From: Bacteroidia bacterium
Lineage (GTDB): Bacteria > Bacteroidota > Bacteroidia > UBA4408
Length of the DNA: 53,988 bases
NCBI GenBank assembly: GCA_023262495.1
Contig: JALRAS010000006.1
Location: forward strand, 1-53,988
Direction of reading: 5' to 3'
This document shows, in pieces, positions 19,487 to 31,136 of the stretch. The first letter of the stretch is position 1. The number at the start of each line of letters is the position of its first letter. Below the pieces are notes generated by a model that had not been told where the DNA came from, did no database searches, and saw only the letters and a program-made list of their open reading frames with translations. A program made the translations under genes and the position numbers.

Positions 19487-20104
19487 ATGTCAGGAATAAT
19501 TGGTAAAAAAGTAGGAATGACCAGTATTTATGATGCCAATGGTAAAATTATACCATGCACAGTAGTTGAAGCTGGTCCTTGTGTAGTTACGCAAGTAAGA
19601 TCCAAAGAGGTTGACGGTTATGAAGCCGTTCAGCTTGGTTATGAGGAGCGCAAAGAAAAGCACACCTCAAAAGCCATGATGGGTCATTTTGCCAAAGCAC
19701 AAACAACCCCAAAACGCAAACTTGTTGAATTCAAAGGATTCACAGATGAGAAGAAGCTAGGGGATATTGTTAATGTTGAACTTTTTGAAGAAGGCGACTT
19801 CGTGGATGTTGTCGGAACCTCCAAAGGAAAAGGTTTTCAAGGTGTTGTAAAGCGCCACGGATTTAGTGGAGTAGGTGGTCAGACTCATGGTCAGCACAAC
19901 CGCCTCAGAGCGCCAGGTTCTTTAGGTGCATCATCATTTCCTTCAAGAGTATTTAAAGGAATGAGAATGGCCGGAAGAATGGGTGGAGATAGAGTTAAAG
20001 TTCAAAATTTACAAATTTTAAAAGTGTTAACCGACAAAAATCTTTTGATCATTAAGGGATCTGTCCCGGGTGCAAAGGGTTCTTATGTTCTAGTTGAAAA
20101 ATAA
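19487..20104 (+). CDS. rplC: 50S ribosomal protein L3
   Basis: 205 aa. [21 protein letters not shown] and HRAPGS-like motifs. Confidence 0.98.
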   Translation: MSGIIGKKVGMTSIYDANGKIIPCTVVEAGPCVVTQVRSKEVDGYEAVQLGYEERKEKHTSKAMMGHFAKAQTTPKRKLVEFKGFTDEKKLGDIVNVELFEEGDFVDVVGTSKGKGFQGVVKRHGFSGVGGQTHGQHNRLRAPGSLGASSFPSRVFKGMRMAGRMGGDRVKVQNLQILKVLTDKNLLIIKGSVPGAKGSYVLVEK

Positions 20105-20105
20105 G

Positions 20106-20732
20106 ATGGAATTAAAGGTATTAAACAAAGAAGGAAAAGAAACAACCAATAAGGTTGTTCTTAATAAGGAAATTTTTGGTGTTGAACCAAATGACCATGC
20201 TATTTATCTTGATGTGAAACAGTACCTAGCTAATCAGCGTCAGGGAACCCACAAGGCTAAAGAAAAGGCAGAGGTTGCTTACAGCACAAGAAAGTTAAAA
20301 CGTCAAAAAGGTACTGGTGGTGCTCGTGCTGGAAGTAGAAAATCAGGAACAATGGTTGGTGGAGGTAGATTCTTCGGACCACGTCCAAGAAACTACAGTT
20401 TCAAGTTAAACAAGAAATTGAAGGTGCTAGCAAGAGCTTCTGCATTAACATACAAAGCCCAAGAAAACAAAATTACAGTTGTAGAGAACTTCAGTTTCGA
20501 AGCTCCGAAAACCAAAAAATATTTGGATTTGATGAAAAATTTAAATGTTTTAGATAAAAAAACATTGCTAGTGCTTTCTGAATCAAATAAAAATGTATAT
20601 TTGTCGGCTCGAAATTTAGGTAATACAAAGGTTGTAAGTGCTTCAAATATAAATACTTACGATGTTTTAAACGCTCAAAACCTGATTCTTTCAGTGGGAT
20701 CTTTGACCGAAATTGAGAAATTATTTAACTAA
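20106..20732 (+). CDS. rplD: 50S ribosomal protein L4
   Basis: The ORF is open from 20094, but ATG 20106 ([10 protein letters not shown]) sits 1 nt after the rplC stop. QRQGTHKAK and [12 protein letters not shown] motifs. Confidence 0.96.
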   Translation: MELKVLNKEGKETTNKVVLNKEIFGVEPNDHAIYLDVKQYLANQRQGTHKAKEKAEVAYSTRKLKRQKGTGGARAGSRKSGTMVGGGRFFGPRPRNYSFKLNKKLKVLARASALTYKAQENKITVVENFSFEAPKTKKYLDLMKNLNVLDKKTLLVLSESNKNVYLSARNLGNTKVVSASNINTYDVLNAQNLILSVGSLTEIEKLFN

Positions 20733-20751
20733 AAATTAAGAATTTTCCATC

Positions 20752-21042
20752 ATGGAAACACTAATAAAACCGGTGATAACCGAAAAAATGACCGCTCAAG
20801 GTGAAAAGATGAACCGTTTTGGTTTTATTGTACATCCCAATGCCAATAAAATTGAAATCAAAAATGCCGTTGAGAAAGCTTATAATGTTAATGTAGTAAA
20901 TGTTTGGACACAAAATTATATTGGCAAGCTTAAAACACGTAACACCAAAAGAGGTCCGGTAACTGGTGTTGCTAATCGCCACAAAAAGGCGATCGTTTCA
21001 TTAAAAGAAGGTGAAACAATTGATTTTTACAGTAATATTTAA
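20752..21042 (+). CDS. rplW: 50S ribosomal protein L23
   Basis: 96 aa. The KPVITEK... motif and gene order L4-L23-L2 fit. Confidence 0.96.
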   Translation: METLIKPVITEKMTAQGEKMNRFGFIVHPNANKIEIKNAVEKAYNVNVVNVWTQNYIGKLKTRNTKRGPVTGVANRHKKAIVSLKEGETIDFYSNI

Positions 21043-21049
21043 TTAAGAA

Positions 21050-21874
21050 ATGGCACTAAGAAAACTTCGTCCATTAACGCCTTCGCAGCGTTTTAAAATG
21101 GCAAATACATTCGAGGAGGTAACAGCTTCCAAACCTGAGAAAAGTTTAATTGAACCGGTTAAAAAGTCAGGAGGAAGAGATTATACAGGTAAGATGACCA
21201 TGCGCTATATTGGTGGTGGTCACAAGAAAAATTATCGTATCATCGATTTCAAAAGAAGTAAGGATGGTATTGAAGGAACAGTGAAAACTATTGAGTACGA
21301 TCCTAATCGCAGTGCACGTATTGCTCTCGTTTTCTATAAAGATGGAGAAAAGAGATATATGATTGCTCCTGCTGGCTTAAAAGTTGGTCAGAAAGTAATG
21401 TCAGGAAAAGGTGCTGCTCCCGAAGTAGGTAATGCTCTTTTATTGAGTGAAATACCTTTAGGAACAATTATCCATGCGATTGAATTGCATCCGGGCCAAG
21501 GCGCGGTGATGGCAAGAAGCGCTGGTACTTATGCACAACTTGCTGCTCGTCAAGATAAATACGCTGTTATCAAAATGCCTTCCGGTGAAACACGCATGAT
21601 ACTATTAACATGCAAAGCAACTATTGGAGCTGTATCAAACGCTGACCATAACCTAGAAGTAAGCGGTAAAGCTGGTCGTTCACGTTGGTTAGGACGCAGA
21701 CCAAGGACTAGACCGGTTGTGATGAACCCAGTTGATCACCCAATGGGTGGAGGTGAAGGAAGAGCTTCAGGAGGTCATCCACGTTCGCGTAAAGGTATTC
21801 CTGCTAAAGGATACAAAACAAGATATCCTAAAAAGGCATCTAACAGATACATCATCGAAAGAAGAAAGAAATAA
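21050..21874 (+). CDS. rplB: 50S ribosomal protein L2
   Basis: 274 aa. [20 protein letters not shown] and SGGHPRS motifs. Confidence 0.98.
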   Translation: MALRKLRPLTPSQRFKMANTFEEVTASKPEKSLIEPVKKSGGRDYTGKMTMRYIGGGHKKNYRIIDFKRSKDGIEGTVKTIEYDPNRSARIALVFYKDGEKRYMIAPAGLKVGQKVMSGKGAAPEVGNALLLSEIPLGTIIHAIELHPGQGAVMARSAGTYAQLAARQDKYAVIKMPSGETRMILLTCKATIGAVSNADHNLEVSGKAGRSRWLGRRPRTRPVVMNPVDHPMGGGEGRASGGHPRSRKGIPAKGYKTRYPKKASNRYIIERRKK

Positions 21875-21927
21875 TATAAACGGTTTAATGGCCCTGTTAA
21901 ATGGGTTCACAACTAAAAAAGAAATAA

Positions 21928-22209
21928 ATGGCACGTTCACTCAAAAAAGGTCCTTTCATCGACCACAAATTAGAAAAGAAAGTATTGGCTGCAGTTGCCA
22001 GTGGAAAAAAAACTGTGATTAAAACATGGTCAAGAAGATCCATGATTACACCTGATTTTGTTGGTCAAACAATTGCAGTGCACAACGGAAATAAATTTAT
22101 TCCTGTTTATGCTACTGAGAATATGGTAGGTCACAAATTGGGTGAATTTTCTCCGACAAGAAACTTTCGTGGACATGCCGGACAAAAGAAAGACAAAGGT
22201 TCAAAATAA
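21928..22209 (+). CDS. rpsS: 30S ribosomal protein S19
   Basis: 93 aa. [22 protein letters not shown] and GHKLGEF motifs. Confidence 0.98.
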   Translation: MARSLKKGPFIDHKLEKKVLAAVASGKKTVIKTWSRRSMITPDFVGQTIAVHNGNKFIPVYATENMVGHKLGEFSPTRNFRGHAGQKKDKGSK

Positions 22210-22229
22210 TATTGTAAGGATACATACAC

Positions 22230-22634
22230 ATGGGCGTTAGAAAACATAAAGCAGCAGAAGCCAGAAAAGAGGCAAACAAAAACATCAGTTTTGCCAAGCT
22301 TAATAATTGTCCAACCTCTCCTCGTAAAATGAGATTGGTTGCCGACATGGTAAGAGGTATGAGTATCGATAAAGCTTTGTACCTATTAAAATACAATCCT
22401 AAGGAAGCTTCAGGAAGATTAGAAAAGTTATTGCTCTCTGCAATTGCAAATTGGCGTGCTAAAAATGACGGTGTGCGTTTGGAAGAAAGCAATCTTTACA
22501 TCAAAGAGGTTTTTGTAGACAGTGGTCTTCAAATGAAGAGATTGAGAACAGCACCGCAAGGGAGAGGTTACAGAATAAGAAAGCGTTCAAACCACGTTAC
22601 CTTGGTTTTAGACAGCAAATCAGAAGTTAATTAA
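22230..22634 (+). CDS. rplV: 50S ribosomal protein L22
   Basis: 134 aa. [14 protein letters not shown] and [15 protein letters not shown]-like ([12 protein letters not shown]) motifs. Confidence 0.97.
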   Translation: MGVRKHKAAEARKEANKNISFAKLNNCPTSPRKMRLVADMVRGMSIDKALYLLKYNPKEASGRLEKLLLSAIANWRAKNDGVRLEESNLYIKEVFVDSGLQMKRLRTAPQGRGYRIRKRSNHVTLVLDSKSEVN

Positions 22635-22657
22635 TATTTAATACTTTCAATAGATAC

Positions 22658-23428
22658 ATGGGACAAAAAGCTAACCCGATAAGCAACAGATTAGGAATCA
22701 TCAAAGGATGGGACTCAAACTGGTATGGTGGAAATAACTATGCCGATAAAATAGTTGAAGATTATAAGATCAGAAATTATTTGAATGCCCGTTTGGCGAA
22801 AGGTAGTATTTCAAAAATCATTATTGAAAGAACTTTAAAATTAATTACAGTTACCATCAATACTGCACGTCCGGGTATCATCATCGGAAAAGGCGGTAAA
22901 GAGGTTGATAAATTAAAAGAGGAGTTGAAGAAAATTACTAAGAAGGACGTTCAAATAAACATTTTTGAAATAAAGCGTCCTGAGCTCGATGCACAATTGG
23001 TTAGCGACAGCATAGCACGTCAAATTGAAGGTAGGATTTCATTCAGAAGAGCTATTAAAACTGCAATAGCTTCTTCTATGAGAATTGGTGCTGAAGGTAT
23101 TAAGGTGAGTATTTCAGGTCGTTTGGCAGGTGCAGAAATGGCAAGAACAGAACATTATAAAGAGGGTAGAACACCACTTCATACATTCAGAGCTGATATC
23201 GATTATTCATTATCAGAGGCGCATACAACCTACGGAAGACTTGGTGTAAAGGTATGGATCTGCAAAGGTGAGATTTATGGAAAAAGAGATTTATCTCCAA
23301 ACATTGGTCAATCTGCCTCAGCAGGAGCTTCTGCCGGCAAAACGGATAGAAATGCACCTTCAAGAGGAGGGAGTGGAAAGCCGAGAGGTGGAGCGTCCGG
23401 AGTTGGAAAAAAAAGAAACAGTAAATAA
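22658..23428 (+). CDS. rpsC: 30S ribosomal protein S3
   Basis: 256 aa. MGQKANP, KH domain GIIIGKGG, and [10 protein letters not shown]. Gly/Ser/Arg-rich C-terminal tail. Confidence 0.98.
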   Translation: MGQKANPISNRLGIIKGWDSNWYGGNNYADKIVEDYKIRNYLNARLAKGSISKIIIERTLKLITVTINTARPGIIIGKGGKEVDKLKEELKKITKKDVQINIFEIKRPELDAQLVSDSIARQIEGRISFRRAIKTAIASSMRIGAEGIKVSISGRLAGAEMARTEHYKEGRTPLHTFRADIDYSLSEAHTTYGRLGVKVWICKGEIYGKRDLSPNIGQSASAGASAGKTDRNAPSRGGSGKPRGGASGVGKKRNSK

Positions 23429-23466
23429 AGTTAAGATTTTTTGATTATCAATAATATTTAAAAGAG

Positions 23467-23895
23467 ATGCTACAGCCAAAAAGAACGAAGTATCGTAAGA
23501 TGCACAAAATGAAGATGAAGGGGAACGCTAATCGCGGTAACCAGATTGCATTGGGTTCATTTGCGATTAAAGCTGAAGAAGGTGCATGGATCACGGCAAG
23601 ACAAATTGAAGCAGCGCGTATCGCTGTTACCAGGTTCATGAAAAGAGAAGGTCAAATATGGATACGTATTTTCCCTGATAAGCCAATTACCAAAAAACCT
23701 GCTGAGGTTCGTATGGGTAAAGGTAAAGGTGCCCCTGAGTATTGGGTAGCGGTTGTGAAACCGGGAAGAATTATTTTTGAAGCCGATGGTGTGCCTTTAG
23801 CAACTGCCAAGGAGGCATTGAGATTGGCTGCTCAGAAATTGCCTATTACTACTAAATTTGTCGTAAGAAGAGATTATAAAGAAGATACCGTATAA
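23467..23895 (+). CDS. rplP: 50S ribosomal protein L16
   Basis: 142 aa. [21 protein letters not shown] and [12 protein letters not shown] motifs. Confidence 0.98.
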   Translation: MLQPKRTKYRKMHKMKMKGNANRGNQIALGSFAIKAEEGAWITARQIEAARIAVTRFMKREGQIWIRIFPDKPITKKPAEVRMGKGKGAPEYWVAVVKPGRIIFEADGVPLATAKEALRLAAQKLPITTKFVVRRDYKEDTV

Positions 23896-23919
23896 CAACG
23901 TTAAGTAAAACATCATACA

Positions 23920-24114
23920 ATGTTAAAACAATCAGTCATAAAAGAGTTCAATGATGGCGAATTAAACGAGCGCTACACTGCTGAATTGGCATCACTTTCT
24001 AAAATGAAAATGAACCATGCTATATCACCATTGGAGAATCCTTTAATCATCAGAACAACAAGAAAAAATGTTGCGCGTTTGGCAACTGAAATTACTAAAA
24101 GAAAAAACAAATAA
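23920..24114 (+). CDS. rpmC: 50S ribosomal protein L29
   Basis: 64 aa. Position between L16 and S17, helical basic sequence ([11 protein letters not shown]). Confidence 0.93.
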   Translation: MLKQSVIKEFNDGELNERYTAELASLSKMKMNHAISPLENPLIIRTTRKNVARLATEITKRKNK

Positions 24115-24116
24115 TC

Positions 24117-24371
24117 ATGGAAAGAAACCTTCGCAAAGAAAGAATAGGTTTAGTAGTTAGCAACAAGATGAACAAGTCTATAGTTGTGTCTATTGAGCGT
24201 AAGGTAAAGCACCCTAAGTATGGGAAATTCGTTAAGAAGACATCAAAGTTTGTTGCTCATGACGAAAACAACTCTTGCAGCATAGGTGATACAGTTAAAA
24301 TTATGGAAACCCGCCCGCTAAGTAAGACTAAGAATTGGCGTTTGGTTGAAGTTTTAGAAAAGGTTAAATAA
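24117..24371 (+). CDS. rpsQ: 30S ribosomal protein S17
   Basis: 84 aa. [26 protein letters not shown] and GD.V.I.E.RPLSK motifs. Confidence 0.97.
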   Translation: MERNLRKERIGLVVSNKMNKSIVVSIERKVKHPKYGKFVKKTSKFVAHDENNSCSIGDTVKIMETRPLSKTKNWRLVEVLEKVK

Positions 24372-24400
24372 TATTCCATTTAGGATTAATACAGTATAAA

Positions 24401-24769
24401 ATGATACAACAGGAATCAAGGCTATCAGTAGCAGACAATAGTGGAGCAAAGGAAGTACTTTGCATTCGCGTGTTGGGCGGAACCAAAAGAAGATATGCTT
24501 CAGTTGGCGACAAAATTATCGTAAGTATTAAACACAGTTTACCAAGCGGAAACGTAAAAAAAGGTACCGTTTCTAAAGCTGTTGTTGTGAGAACTGCAAA
24601 GGAGGTTAAGCGTCAGGATGGATCTTATATCAGATTTGACGACAATGCCGTAGTTCTTCTTAATGCTTCTGATGAAATGAGAGGAACTCGTATCTTTGGC
24701 CCGGTTGCCAGAGAATTAAGAGAAAAACAGTTTATGAAAATAGTTTCATTGGCCCCGGAGGTGCTTTAA
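24401..24769 (+). CDS. rplN: 50S ribosomal protein L14
   Basis: 122 aa. [16 protein letters not shown] and [12 protein letters not shown] motifs. Confidence 0.98.
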   Translation: MIQQESRLSVADNSGAKEVLCIRVLGGTKRRYASVGDKIIVSIKHSLPSGNVKKGTVSKAVVVRTAKEVKRQDGSYIRFDDNAVVLLNASDEMRGTRIFGPVARELREKQFMKIVSLAPEVL

Positions 24770-24782
24770 TCAATACAAAATC

Positions 24783-25100
24783 ATGCAAACTAAATTACAC
24801 ATAAAAAAAGGCGATACGGTAAAAGTTATAGCCGGTGACTCAATAGGTCAAGAAGGCAAAGTGCTGGAAATCGATCGCGCCAGTTTAAGAGCGATTGTTG
24901 AGGGTGTTAACATGGTATCTAAACATGCCAAACCATCAGCCTCGCAACCACAAGGTGGCATCATTAAAAAAGAAGCATCTATTCACATCTCTAACCTAAT
25001 GCTTTCGATTGGTGGTAAAACAACCAAAGTAGGTAGAAAGAGAAATGATGATGGTAAAATAGTACGTTACGCTAAAAAAACAGGGGAGGTTATAAAATAA
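24783..25100 (+). CDS. rplX: 50S ribosomal protein L24
   Basis: 105 aa. The KOW motif [13 protein letters not shown] is present and gene order fits. Confidence 0.97.
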   Translation: MQTKLHIKKGDTVKVIAGDSIGQEGKVLEIDRASLRAIVEGVNMVSKHAKPSASQPQGGIIKKEASIHISNLMLSIGGKTTKVGRKRNDDGKIVRYAKKTGEVIK

Positions 25101-25657
25101 TGACTTACGTTCCAAGACTTAAAGAAAAATACGCTAAGGATGTAGTTCCAGCGTTGAAAAAGCAGTTCGAGTACAAAAGTTCCATGCAGGTACCTCGTTT
25201 GCAAAAGATTTGCATCAATCAGGGGATTGGTTCAGCAGTTTCTGACAAGAAGTTGATTGATTCAGCCTTGAATGACCTTGCTACCATTACAGGACAAAAA
25301 GCAGTTGCAACCAAATCAAAGAAAGATATTTCTAACTTTAAGCTTCGTAAAGGTGTTCCAATTGGAATTAAAGTTACCTTACGTGGTGATAAAATGTATG
25401 AATTTCTAGACAGGTTAATTTCTGTTGCTTTACCACGTATTCGTGATTTCCGCGGAATCAACGAAAAGTCATTTGATGGCAAAGGAAATTATACGATGGG
25501 TGTTACAGAGCAAATTATATTTCCTGAAATACAAATCGATAAAGTAAATAAAATAATGGGTATGGATATTACATTTGTAACATCTTCTCCAACAGATGCC
25601 GAGGCTTTTGCATTGTTAAAGCAGTTTGGCTTACCATTTAAAAACCAGAAAAACTAA
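25100..25657 (+). CDS. rplE: 50S ribosomal protein L5
   Basis: 185 aa. The start overlaps the rplX stop by 1 nt (TAATG). [15 protein letters not shown] and GMDITF motifs. Confidence 0.98.
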   Translation: MTYVPRLKEKYAKDVVPALKKQFEYKSSMQVPRLQKICINQGIGSAVSDKKLIDSALNDLATITGQKAVATKSKKDISNFKLRKGVPIGIKVTLRGDKMYEFLDRLISVALPRIRDFRGINEKSFDGKGNYTMGVTEQIIFPEIQIDKVNKIMGMDITFVTSSPTDAEAFALLKQFGLPFKNQKN

Positions 25658-25665
25658 GAAGTAAC

Positions 25666-25935
25666 ATGGCTAAAGAATCAATGAAGGCAAGAGAAGTAAA
25701 AAGAGTGAAACTTGCCGATCAGTTCGCTGAAAAAAGAGCTGCTCTTAAAGCTGCCGGTGACTATGTTGGCTTGCAGAAATTACCAAGAAATTCTGCTCCA
25801 ACAAGACAAAGAAATCGTTGCAAACTAACCGGTAGACCAAGAGGATACATGAGACATTTCGGTCTTTCACGTATCACTTTTAGAGAGATGGCGTTGAATG
25901 GTAAAATACCGGGCGTAGTAAAAGCTAGCTGGTAA
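25666..25935 (+). CDS. rpsN: 30S ribosomal protein S14 (Cys-poor, zinc-independent type)
   Basis: 89 aa. [12 protein letters not shown]...FGLSRI.FRE and the C-terminal KASW are present. Confidence 0.97.
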   Translation: MAKESMKAREVKRVKLADQFAEKRAALKAAGDYVGLQKLPRNSAPTRQRNRCKLTGRPRGYMRHFGLSRITFREMALNGKIPGVVKASW

Positions 25936-26001
25936 ATAAAAAATAATTAAATTAGTATTCATATAATTATCCTGTTCGCGGGGTAACATATAATCAAAAA
26001 C

Positions 26002-26397
26002 ATGACAGATCCAATTTCAGATTATCTTACAAGATTAAGAAACGCCATTCAGGCCAACCACAGATTAGTAGAGATTCCTGCCTCTAACATGAAAAAGGAA
26101 ATTACAAAAATCCTTTTCGAAAAAGGTTATATTTTAAATTATAAATTTGAAGATAACAGCGTTCAAGGGAATATAAAAATCGCCTTGAAATATCATCCAA
26201 CCAACAAACTTAATGCTATCAGATCTTTGGTACGCGTGAGCAAACCGGGTCTTAGAAAATATGCGGGCCATGCCAACTTACCAAAGGTAATGAACGGTTT
26301 AGGTATCGCTATTATCTCAACTTCTAAAGGTCTCATGACCGATAAAGAAGCGAGAAATTTGAATATTGGTGGTGAAGTTATTTGTTATATCTCTTAA
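26002..26397 (+). CDS. rpsH: 30S ribosomal protein S8
   Basis: 131 aa. [13 protein letters not shown] and GGEVICYI motifs. Confidence 0.98.
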   Translation: MTDPISDYLTRLRNAIQANHRLVEIPASNMKKEITKILFEKGYILNYKFEDNSVQGNIKIALKYHPTNKLNAIRSLVRVSKPGLRKYAGHANLPKVMNGLGIAIISTSKGLMTDKEARNLNIGGEVICYIS

Positions 26398-26409
26398 ATT
26401 ATTTCAGTT

Positions 26410-26964
26410 ATGTCAAGGATAGGAAAATTACCGATAGTAGTTCCCTCAGGAGTTGAGGTGAAAGTGTCGCCAACTAATTTGGTGACCGTAAAAGGAAAAT
26501 TAGGTGAGTTAACACAACAACTTAAAGATGGCGTTTCAGTTGAAGTTGCCGATGGTAAAATAGAACTTAAGAGAGCAAGTGAGGAAAAATCTCACAAAGC
26601 ACTTCACGGTCTTTACCGTTCACTAATAGCTAATATGGTTAAAGGTGTTTCAGAGGGTTACAAAATTGAACAGGAACTTGTTGGTGTTGGTTATAGAGCA
26701 GCAAACACTGGTCAAATGTTGGATCTAACCTTAGGTTATTCACACAATATAAGCATAGAGTTACCCAAAGAAGTAAAAGTAGCCACGGCCACAGAAAGAG
26801 GTAAAAACCCAACAATCACCATGACAAGCCATGATAAACAATTGCTTGGTCAGGTTGCTGCCAAAATCCGTTCGCTGCGTCCACCTGAGCCTTACAAAGG
26901 TAAAGGTATCAAGTTCGTAAATGAACAGTTACGCAGAAAAGCAGGAAAATCAGCAGGTAAATAA
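26410..26964 (+). CDS. rplF: 50S ribosomal protein L6
   Basis: 184 aa. MSRIGK.PI, GVGYRA and PEPYKGKGI motifs. Confidence 0.98.
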   Translation: MSRIGKLPIVVPSGVEVKVSPTNLVTVKGKLGELTQQLKDGVSVEVADGKIELKRASEEKSHKALHGLYRSLIANMVKGVSEGYKIEQELVGVGYRAANTGQMLDLTLGYSHNISIELPKEVKVATATERGKNPTITMTSHDKQLLGQVAAKIRSLRPPEPYKGKGIKFVNEQLRRKAGKSAGK

Positions 26965-26997
26965 TAGGTATAAAACAACACATTAAAAGAACATAAA

Positions 26998-27354
26998 ATG
27001 GCTTTAACTAAAGAAGCAAGAAGGGAAAGAATCAAAAGGAGAATCCGTAAAGTTGTTACAGGAGACGCTCAAAACCCTCGTTTATCAGTTTTCAGAAGTA
27101 ACAAACAAATCTATGCACAATTGATTGATGATGTTACTGGTCGTACCATAGTGGCTGCATCATCAAAAGTGAAAGAGATAGCTGATCAAAAAGTGAATAA
27201 AATCGAGCAAGCTCGTCTGGTAGGTAAGGCTTTGGCCGAAAAGGCGCAAGCAGCTGGTTTAAGCAGTGCAAGATTTGACAGAAATGGTTATTTGTACCAT
27301 GGTAGAATTAAATCTTTGGCTGATGCAGCTAGAGAGGCAGGTTTAAATTTTTAA
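26998..27354 (+). CDS. rplR: 50S ribosomal protein L18
   Basis: 118 aa. [17 protein letters not shown] and [23 protein letters not shown] motifs. Confidence 0.98.
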   Translation: MALTKEARRERIKRRIRKVVTGDAQNPRLSVFRSNKQIYAQLIDDVTGRTIVAASSKVKEIADQKVNKIEQARLVGKALAEKAQAAGLSSARFDRNGYLYHGRIKSLADAAREAGLNF

Positions 27355-27379
27355 TATTTACATTGTAACAAGCATATAA

Positions 27380-27898
27380 ATGTCAAACGCGCAAATTAAA
27401 AAAGTAAGATCAAGCGAGATTGAACTTAAAGATAAGTTAGTAAGTGTTCAACGTGTTACCAAGGTAACTAAAGGAGGACGTACATTCAGTTTTTCTGCTA
27501 TCGTAGTGGTAGGTGATGAGCATGGTGTTGTTGGTTACGGTTTGGGTAAGGCAAAGGAAGTAACCGATGCAATCACAAAAGGTATTGAAGATGCTAAGAA
27601 GAATCTTATTAAAGTACCTATCATCAAAGGAACCGTGCCACATGAGCAAAATGGTAAGTATAGCGGTGCAAGAGTGTTTTTAAAGCCTGCTGCGCATGGA
27701 ACAGGAGTAATTGCTGGGGGTGCGATGCGTGCAGTTTTAGAAAGTGTTGGGGTAACTGACGTATTAGCAAAATCAAAGGGTTCTTCTAATCCGCACAATG
27801 TGGTTAAAGCGACTATTGATGCGCTTGTTCAAATGAGAGATGCGATAACAGTTTCTCAACAAAGAGGAATCAGTATGCAAAGAGTTTTTAACGGATAA
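27380..27898 (+). CDS. rpsE: 30S ribosomal protein S5
   Basis: 172 aa. [26 protein letters not shown] and [12 protein letters not shown] motifs. Confidence 0.98.
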   Translation: MSNAQIKKVRSSEIELKDKLVSVQRVTKVTKGGRTFSFSAIVVVGDEHGVVGYGLGKAKEVTDAITKGIEDAKKNLIKVPIIKGTVPHEQNGKYSGARVFLKPAAHGTGVIAGGAMRAVLESVGVTDVLAKSKGSSNPHNVVKATIDALVQMRDAITVSQQRGISMQRVFNG

Positions 27899-27914
27899 TA
27901 AATAAAGCTTCATT

Positions 27915-28091
27915 ATGGCTAAGATCAAAATAACACAGGTAAAAAGCGGTATCGACCGTCCTGAGAATCAAAAAAGAACACTCAGGGCCTTAGGCTTCAC
28001 CAAGATGCATCAAGTGCTTGAGAAAGACGACAATGCCAATATTCGCGGCATGATTAATAAGGTTAAACACTTGGTATCCATCATCGATTAA
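27915..28091 (+). CDS. rpmD: 50S ribosomal protein L30
   Basis: Hand-translated 58-aa ORF below the track cutoff: MAKIKITQVKSGIDRPENQKRTLRALGFTKMHQVLEKDDNANIRGMINKVKHLVSIID. It carries the canonical L30 pattern (I..T..KS.I......TL.ALGL) and sits between rpsE and rplO. Confidence 0.93.
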   Translation: MAKIKITQVKSGIDRPENQKRTLRALGFTKMHQVLEKDDNANIRGMINKVKHLVSIID

Positions 28092-28115
28092 TAACGTTTA
28101 GAGCAACGATATAAA

Positions 28116-28562
28116 ATGAACTTAAGTAATTTAAAGCCTGCAGAAGGCTCAACAAAAAACAGAAAAAGAATAGGTAGAGGTCAAGGTTCCGGCAGAGGAG
28201 GTACTTCCACACGTGGACATAAAGGTGCTAAATCTCGTTCAGGATACAAGAGCAAGGTTGGTTTTGAAGGAGGTCAGATGCCTCTTCAAAGAAGGATTCC
28301 AAAAGTAGGTTTTAAAAACATCAACCGAGTTGAGTATAGAGGTATTAACCTTGATGCTTTGCAGATTTTGGCAGAAAAAACCAAGGCAGCTGATATTGAT
28401 ATGGCTGTATTGGCACAAAATGGACTTGCTTCTAAAAACGACTTAATTAAAATTTTAGGTCGTGGCGAATTAAAGGCCAAATTAAATGTAAAGGTACACG
28501 CTTTTTCTGCAACTGCTAAAGCTGCAATTGAGAATGCCGGTGGCACTGCAGTAACACTTTAA
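28116..28562 (+). CDS. rplO: 50S ribosomal protein L15
   Basis: 148 aa. L.NLKPA.GS...RKR.GRG.GSG.G.T..RGHKG and FEGGQMPL.RR.PK motifs. Confidence 0.98.
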   Translation: MNLSNLKPAEGSTKNRKRIGRGQGSGRGGTSTRGHKGAKSRSGYKSKVGFEGGQMPLQRRIPKVGFKNINRVEYRGINLDALQILAEKTKAADIDMAVLAQNGLASKNDLIKILGRGELKAKLNVKVHAFSATAKAAIENAGGTAVTL

Positions 28563-28569
28563 TGACACT

Positions 28570-29910
28570 ATGAAAAGTTTTATCAACACATTAAAAAACA
28601 TCTACAAGATTGAGGAGTTAAGGACAAGAATCCTTAACACACTTGGTTTCTTGTTGATATACAGATTGGGTTCCTTCATTGTTCTTCCGGGTGTTGACTC
28701 AGAAGCTTTGCAGGCAGCTAATGGTGATCCTTCGGGACTTGCCGGATTAATCAACATATTTGCTGGTGGCGCTTTCTCAAGGGCATCAATTTTTGCGTTG
28801 GGAATCATGCCATATATTTCTGCTTCTATTGTGATGCAGTTACTTGGTTTGGCTATTCCTCATTTCCAACGTTTGCAAAAAGAAGGTGAAAGCGGACGTA
28901 AGAAAATCAATCAGTATACGCGTTTTTTAACTGTATTGGTAACCGTGCTTCAGGCGCCAGGTTACATTGCATCGCAAATACCTGTAACTGCCAGATTGCA
29001 CAACGATACACTGTTCTGGACCTCTTCAATCATCATATTGCTGGCAGGAACAATCTTTATCATGTGGCTTGGAGAAAAAATAACTGATAAAGGAATTGGT
29101 AATGGTATTTCTCTCATTATCATGATTGGTATCATTGCTAATTTACCCGTAGCATTTATCCAAGAATTTGTATCTAGATTAGAAAATTCAGGTGGAGGTT
29201 TAGTTATTTTCCTTGTTGAGCTAGTGGTATTGTTCTTGATCATCGTGGTGTCAATATTATTGGTGCAAGGCACACGCAAAATTCCTGTGCAGTTTGCCAA
29301 GAAAATTGTTGGTGCTAAACAATATGGTGGAGTGAGACAGTACATCCCACTAAAAGTTAATGCTGCTGGTGTTATGCCAATTATTTTTGCTCAGGCAATT
29401 ATGTTTATTCCATTAACCATTGCAGGTTTTTCTGAGTCTTCTTCAGTAAATAGTTTTGTTACCGTTATATCTGACTACACTGGTTTTTGGCACAACTTGC
29501 TTTTTGCGGTGATGATTATTGCCTTTACGTATTTCTACACGGCTATTACTATTAATCCAAATCAAATGGCTGATGATATGAAAAGAAATGGTGGGTTCAT
29601 CCCGGGTGTTAAGCCTGGTAAAGATACAGCTACATTCATTGATGCAGTCATGTCTAAAATAACATTTCCAGGTTCATTGTTTTTAGCTTTCATTGCCATA
29701 TTGCCTGCTTTTGCTACCAAAATGGGAATCAATGCACAATTTGCACATTTTTACGGAGGTACTTCACTACTGATTTTAGTTGGGGTAGTGCTCGATACCT
29801 TGCAGCAAATTGAGAGTCATTTGCTTATGCGTCATTATGATGGCTTAATGAAGAATGGAAGAATAAGAGGAAGAAGCAATCCATCGGCTGTTCCGATGGT
29901 TACGAATTAA
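28570..29910 (+). CDS. secY: Preprotein translocase subunit SecY
   Basis: 446 aa, 10-TM-like profile. Motifs GSFI.LPG, IFALGIMPYISASI and GGFIPG.KPG....FI. Follows rplO. Confidence 0.97.
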   Translation: MKSFINTLKNIYKIEELRTRILNTLGFLLIYRLGSFIVLPGVDSEALQAANGDPSGLAGLINIFAGGAFSRASIFALGIMPYISASIVMQLLGLAIPHFQRLQKEGESGRKKINQYTRFLTVLVTVLQAPGYIASQIPVTARLHNDTLFWTSSIIILLAGTIFIMWLGEKITDKGIGNGISLIIMIGIIANLPVAFIQEFVSRLENSGGGLVIFLVELVVLFLIIVVSILLVQGTRKIPVQFAKKIVGAKQYGGVRQYIPLKVNAAGVMPIIFAQAIMFIPLTIAGFSESSSVNSFVTVISDYTGFWHNLLFAVMIIAFTYFYTAITINPNQMADDMKRNGGFIPGVKPGKDTATFIDAVMSKITFPGSLFLAFIAILPAFATKMGINAQFAHFYGGTSLLILVGVVLDTLQQIESHLLMRHYDGLMKNGRIRGRSNPSAVPMVTN

Positions 29911-29928
29911 GATAGAAAAAGCTGAGAG

Positions 29929-30708
29929 ATGCTTTATTATAAAACGAAAGAGGAGATAGAGTTAATAAGAGTTAGTTCTTTACTTGTTGGAAAAACCTTA
30001 GCTGAAGTGGCTAAGCATATCAAACCAGGTGTAAAAACCATAGTCTTGGATAAAATCGCTGATGAATTTATTCAAGATCATGGTGCAAAAGCTGCATTTA
30101 AAGGATACGATAGCTACCCTAATGCACTTTGTATTTCGGTAAATTCTGCGGTAGTGCATGGTTTACCTGGCAATTATGAGTTGAAAGAAGGTGATATCAT
30201 TTCGGTAGATTGTGGGGTTGTTAAAGATGAATTCTATGGTGATTCGGCCTACACATTTGGTGTTGGTCAAATTGATCAACAGGTTCAGAAGCTGCTTGAT
30301 ATTACCAAAGAGAGTTTATATCGTGGTATCAGTCAAGCTGTTTCAGGAAGACGCATTGGAGATATAGGCGAGGCAGTTCAAACCTATGCTGAAAATGCTG
30401 GTTTTTCAGTTGTAAGAGAACTTGTTGGACATGGTATCGGCAGAAACTTACACGAAGCACCTGAAGTACCAAACTACGGAAAAAGAGGAAAGGGAACATT
30501 GATGCAAAGTGGTTTAGTGATAGCGATCGAACCTATGATAAACATGGGTAGGAAAGAGGTGGTGAAAGATAAAGATGGGTGGACAATCAAAACAGCTGAT
30601 AACAAATTTTCAGCGCATTTTGAGCACACAGTTGCAGTGCAAAAAGAGAAAGCTGATATTTTATCAACTTTCGAATATATAGAAGAGGTTTTAAAAAATA
30701 ATAAATAA
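29929..30708 (+). CDS. map: Type I methionyl aminopeptidase
   Basis: 259 aa. Metal-ligand contexts VVHG, D.G....Y.GD.A.TF, GHGIG...HE.P.V, IEPM and FEHT. Confidence 0.96.
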   Translation: MLYYKTKEEIELIRVSSLLVGKTLAEVAKHIKPGVKTIVLDKIADEFIQDHGAKAAFKGYDSYPNALCISVNSAVVHGLPGNYELKEGDIISVDCGVVKDEFYGDSAYTFGVGQIDQQVQKLLDITKESLYRGISQAVSGRRIGDIGEAVQTYAENAGFSVVRELVGHGIGRNLHEAPEVPNYGKRGKGTLMQSGLVIAIEPMINMGRKEVVKDKDGWTIKTADNKFSAHFEHTVAVQKEKADILSTFEYIEEVLKNNK

Positions 30709-30724
30709 AGATAATAAAAACTAG

Positions 30725-30943
30725 ATGCCTAAACAGTCATCAATAGAACAAGATGGAACAATAATAGAAGCGTTGAGCAATGCTATGTTTCGTGTGGAAT
30801 TGGAAAACGGACATATCATTACCGCGCACATCTCAGGCAAAATGAGGATGCATTATATCCGAATTTTACCGGGCGACAAAGTAAAGGTTGAAATGAGTCC
30901 CTATGATTTAACAAAAGGACGAATTTCTTTTAGATATAAATAA
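30725..30943 (+). CDS. infA: Translation initiation factor IF-1
   Basis: 72 aa. [17 protein letters not shown]...[28 protein letters not shown] matches IF-1. Confidence 0.98.
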   Translation: MPKQSSIEQDGTIIEALSNAMFRVELENGHIITAHISGKMRMHYIRILPGDKVKVEMSPYDLTKGRISFRYK

Positions 30944-30988
30944 TTTTACCGATTGAGATATTGGTAGTGTGCTATAAAAACAAAAAAA

Positions 30989-31105
30989 ATGAAAGTAAGA
31001 GCATCAATTAAAAAGAGAAGTGCCGAATGCAAAATCGTTCGCAGAAAAGGGCGCTTGTATGTTATTAACAAAAAGAATCCTAAGTTCAAACAAAGACAGG
31101 GATAA
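30989..31105 (+). CDS. rpmJ: 50S ribosomal protein L36 (Cys-poor type)
   Basis: Hand-translated 38-aa ORF: [38 protein letters not shown]. It has the canonical L36 N- and C-termini and sits between infA and rpsM. Confidence 0.93.
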   Translation: MKVRASIKKRSAECKIVRRKGRLYVINKKNPKFKQRQG

Positions 31106-31136
31106 AAGTATTATTAAATAGATATCACTTACAGCA

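Noticed and set aside
21732-22022. 96-aa ORF bridging the end of rplB and the start of rpsS
   Set aside because: It overlaps two canonical ribosomal protein genes out of frame and has no independent support.
25666-31105. Cys-less S14 and L36 as possible zinc-sparing paralogues
   Set aside because: They are the only copies within the main spc/alpha operons, and this is the standard form in the phylum. It is not a Zur-regulated paralogue situation as far as the window shows.
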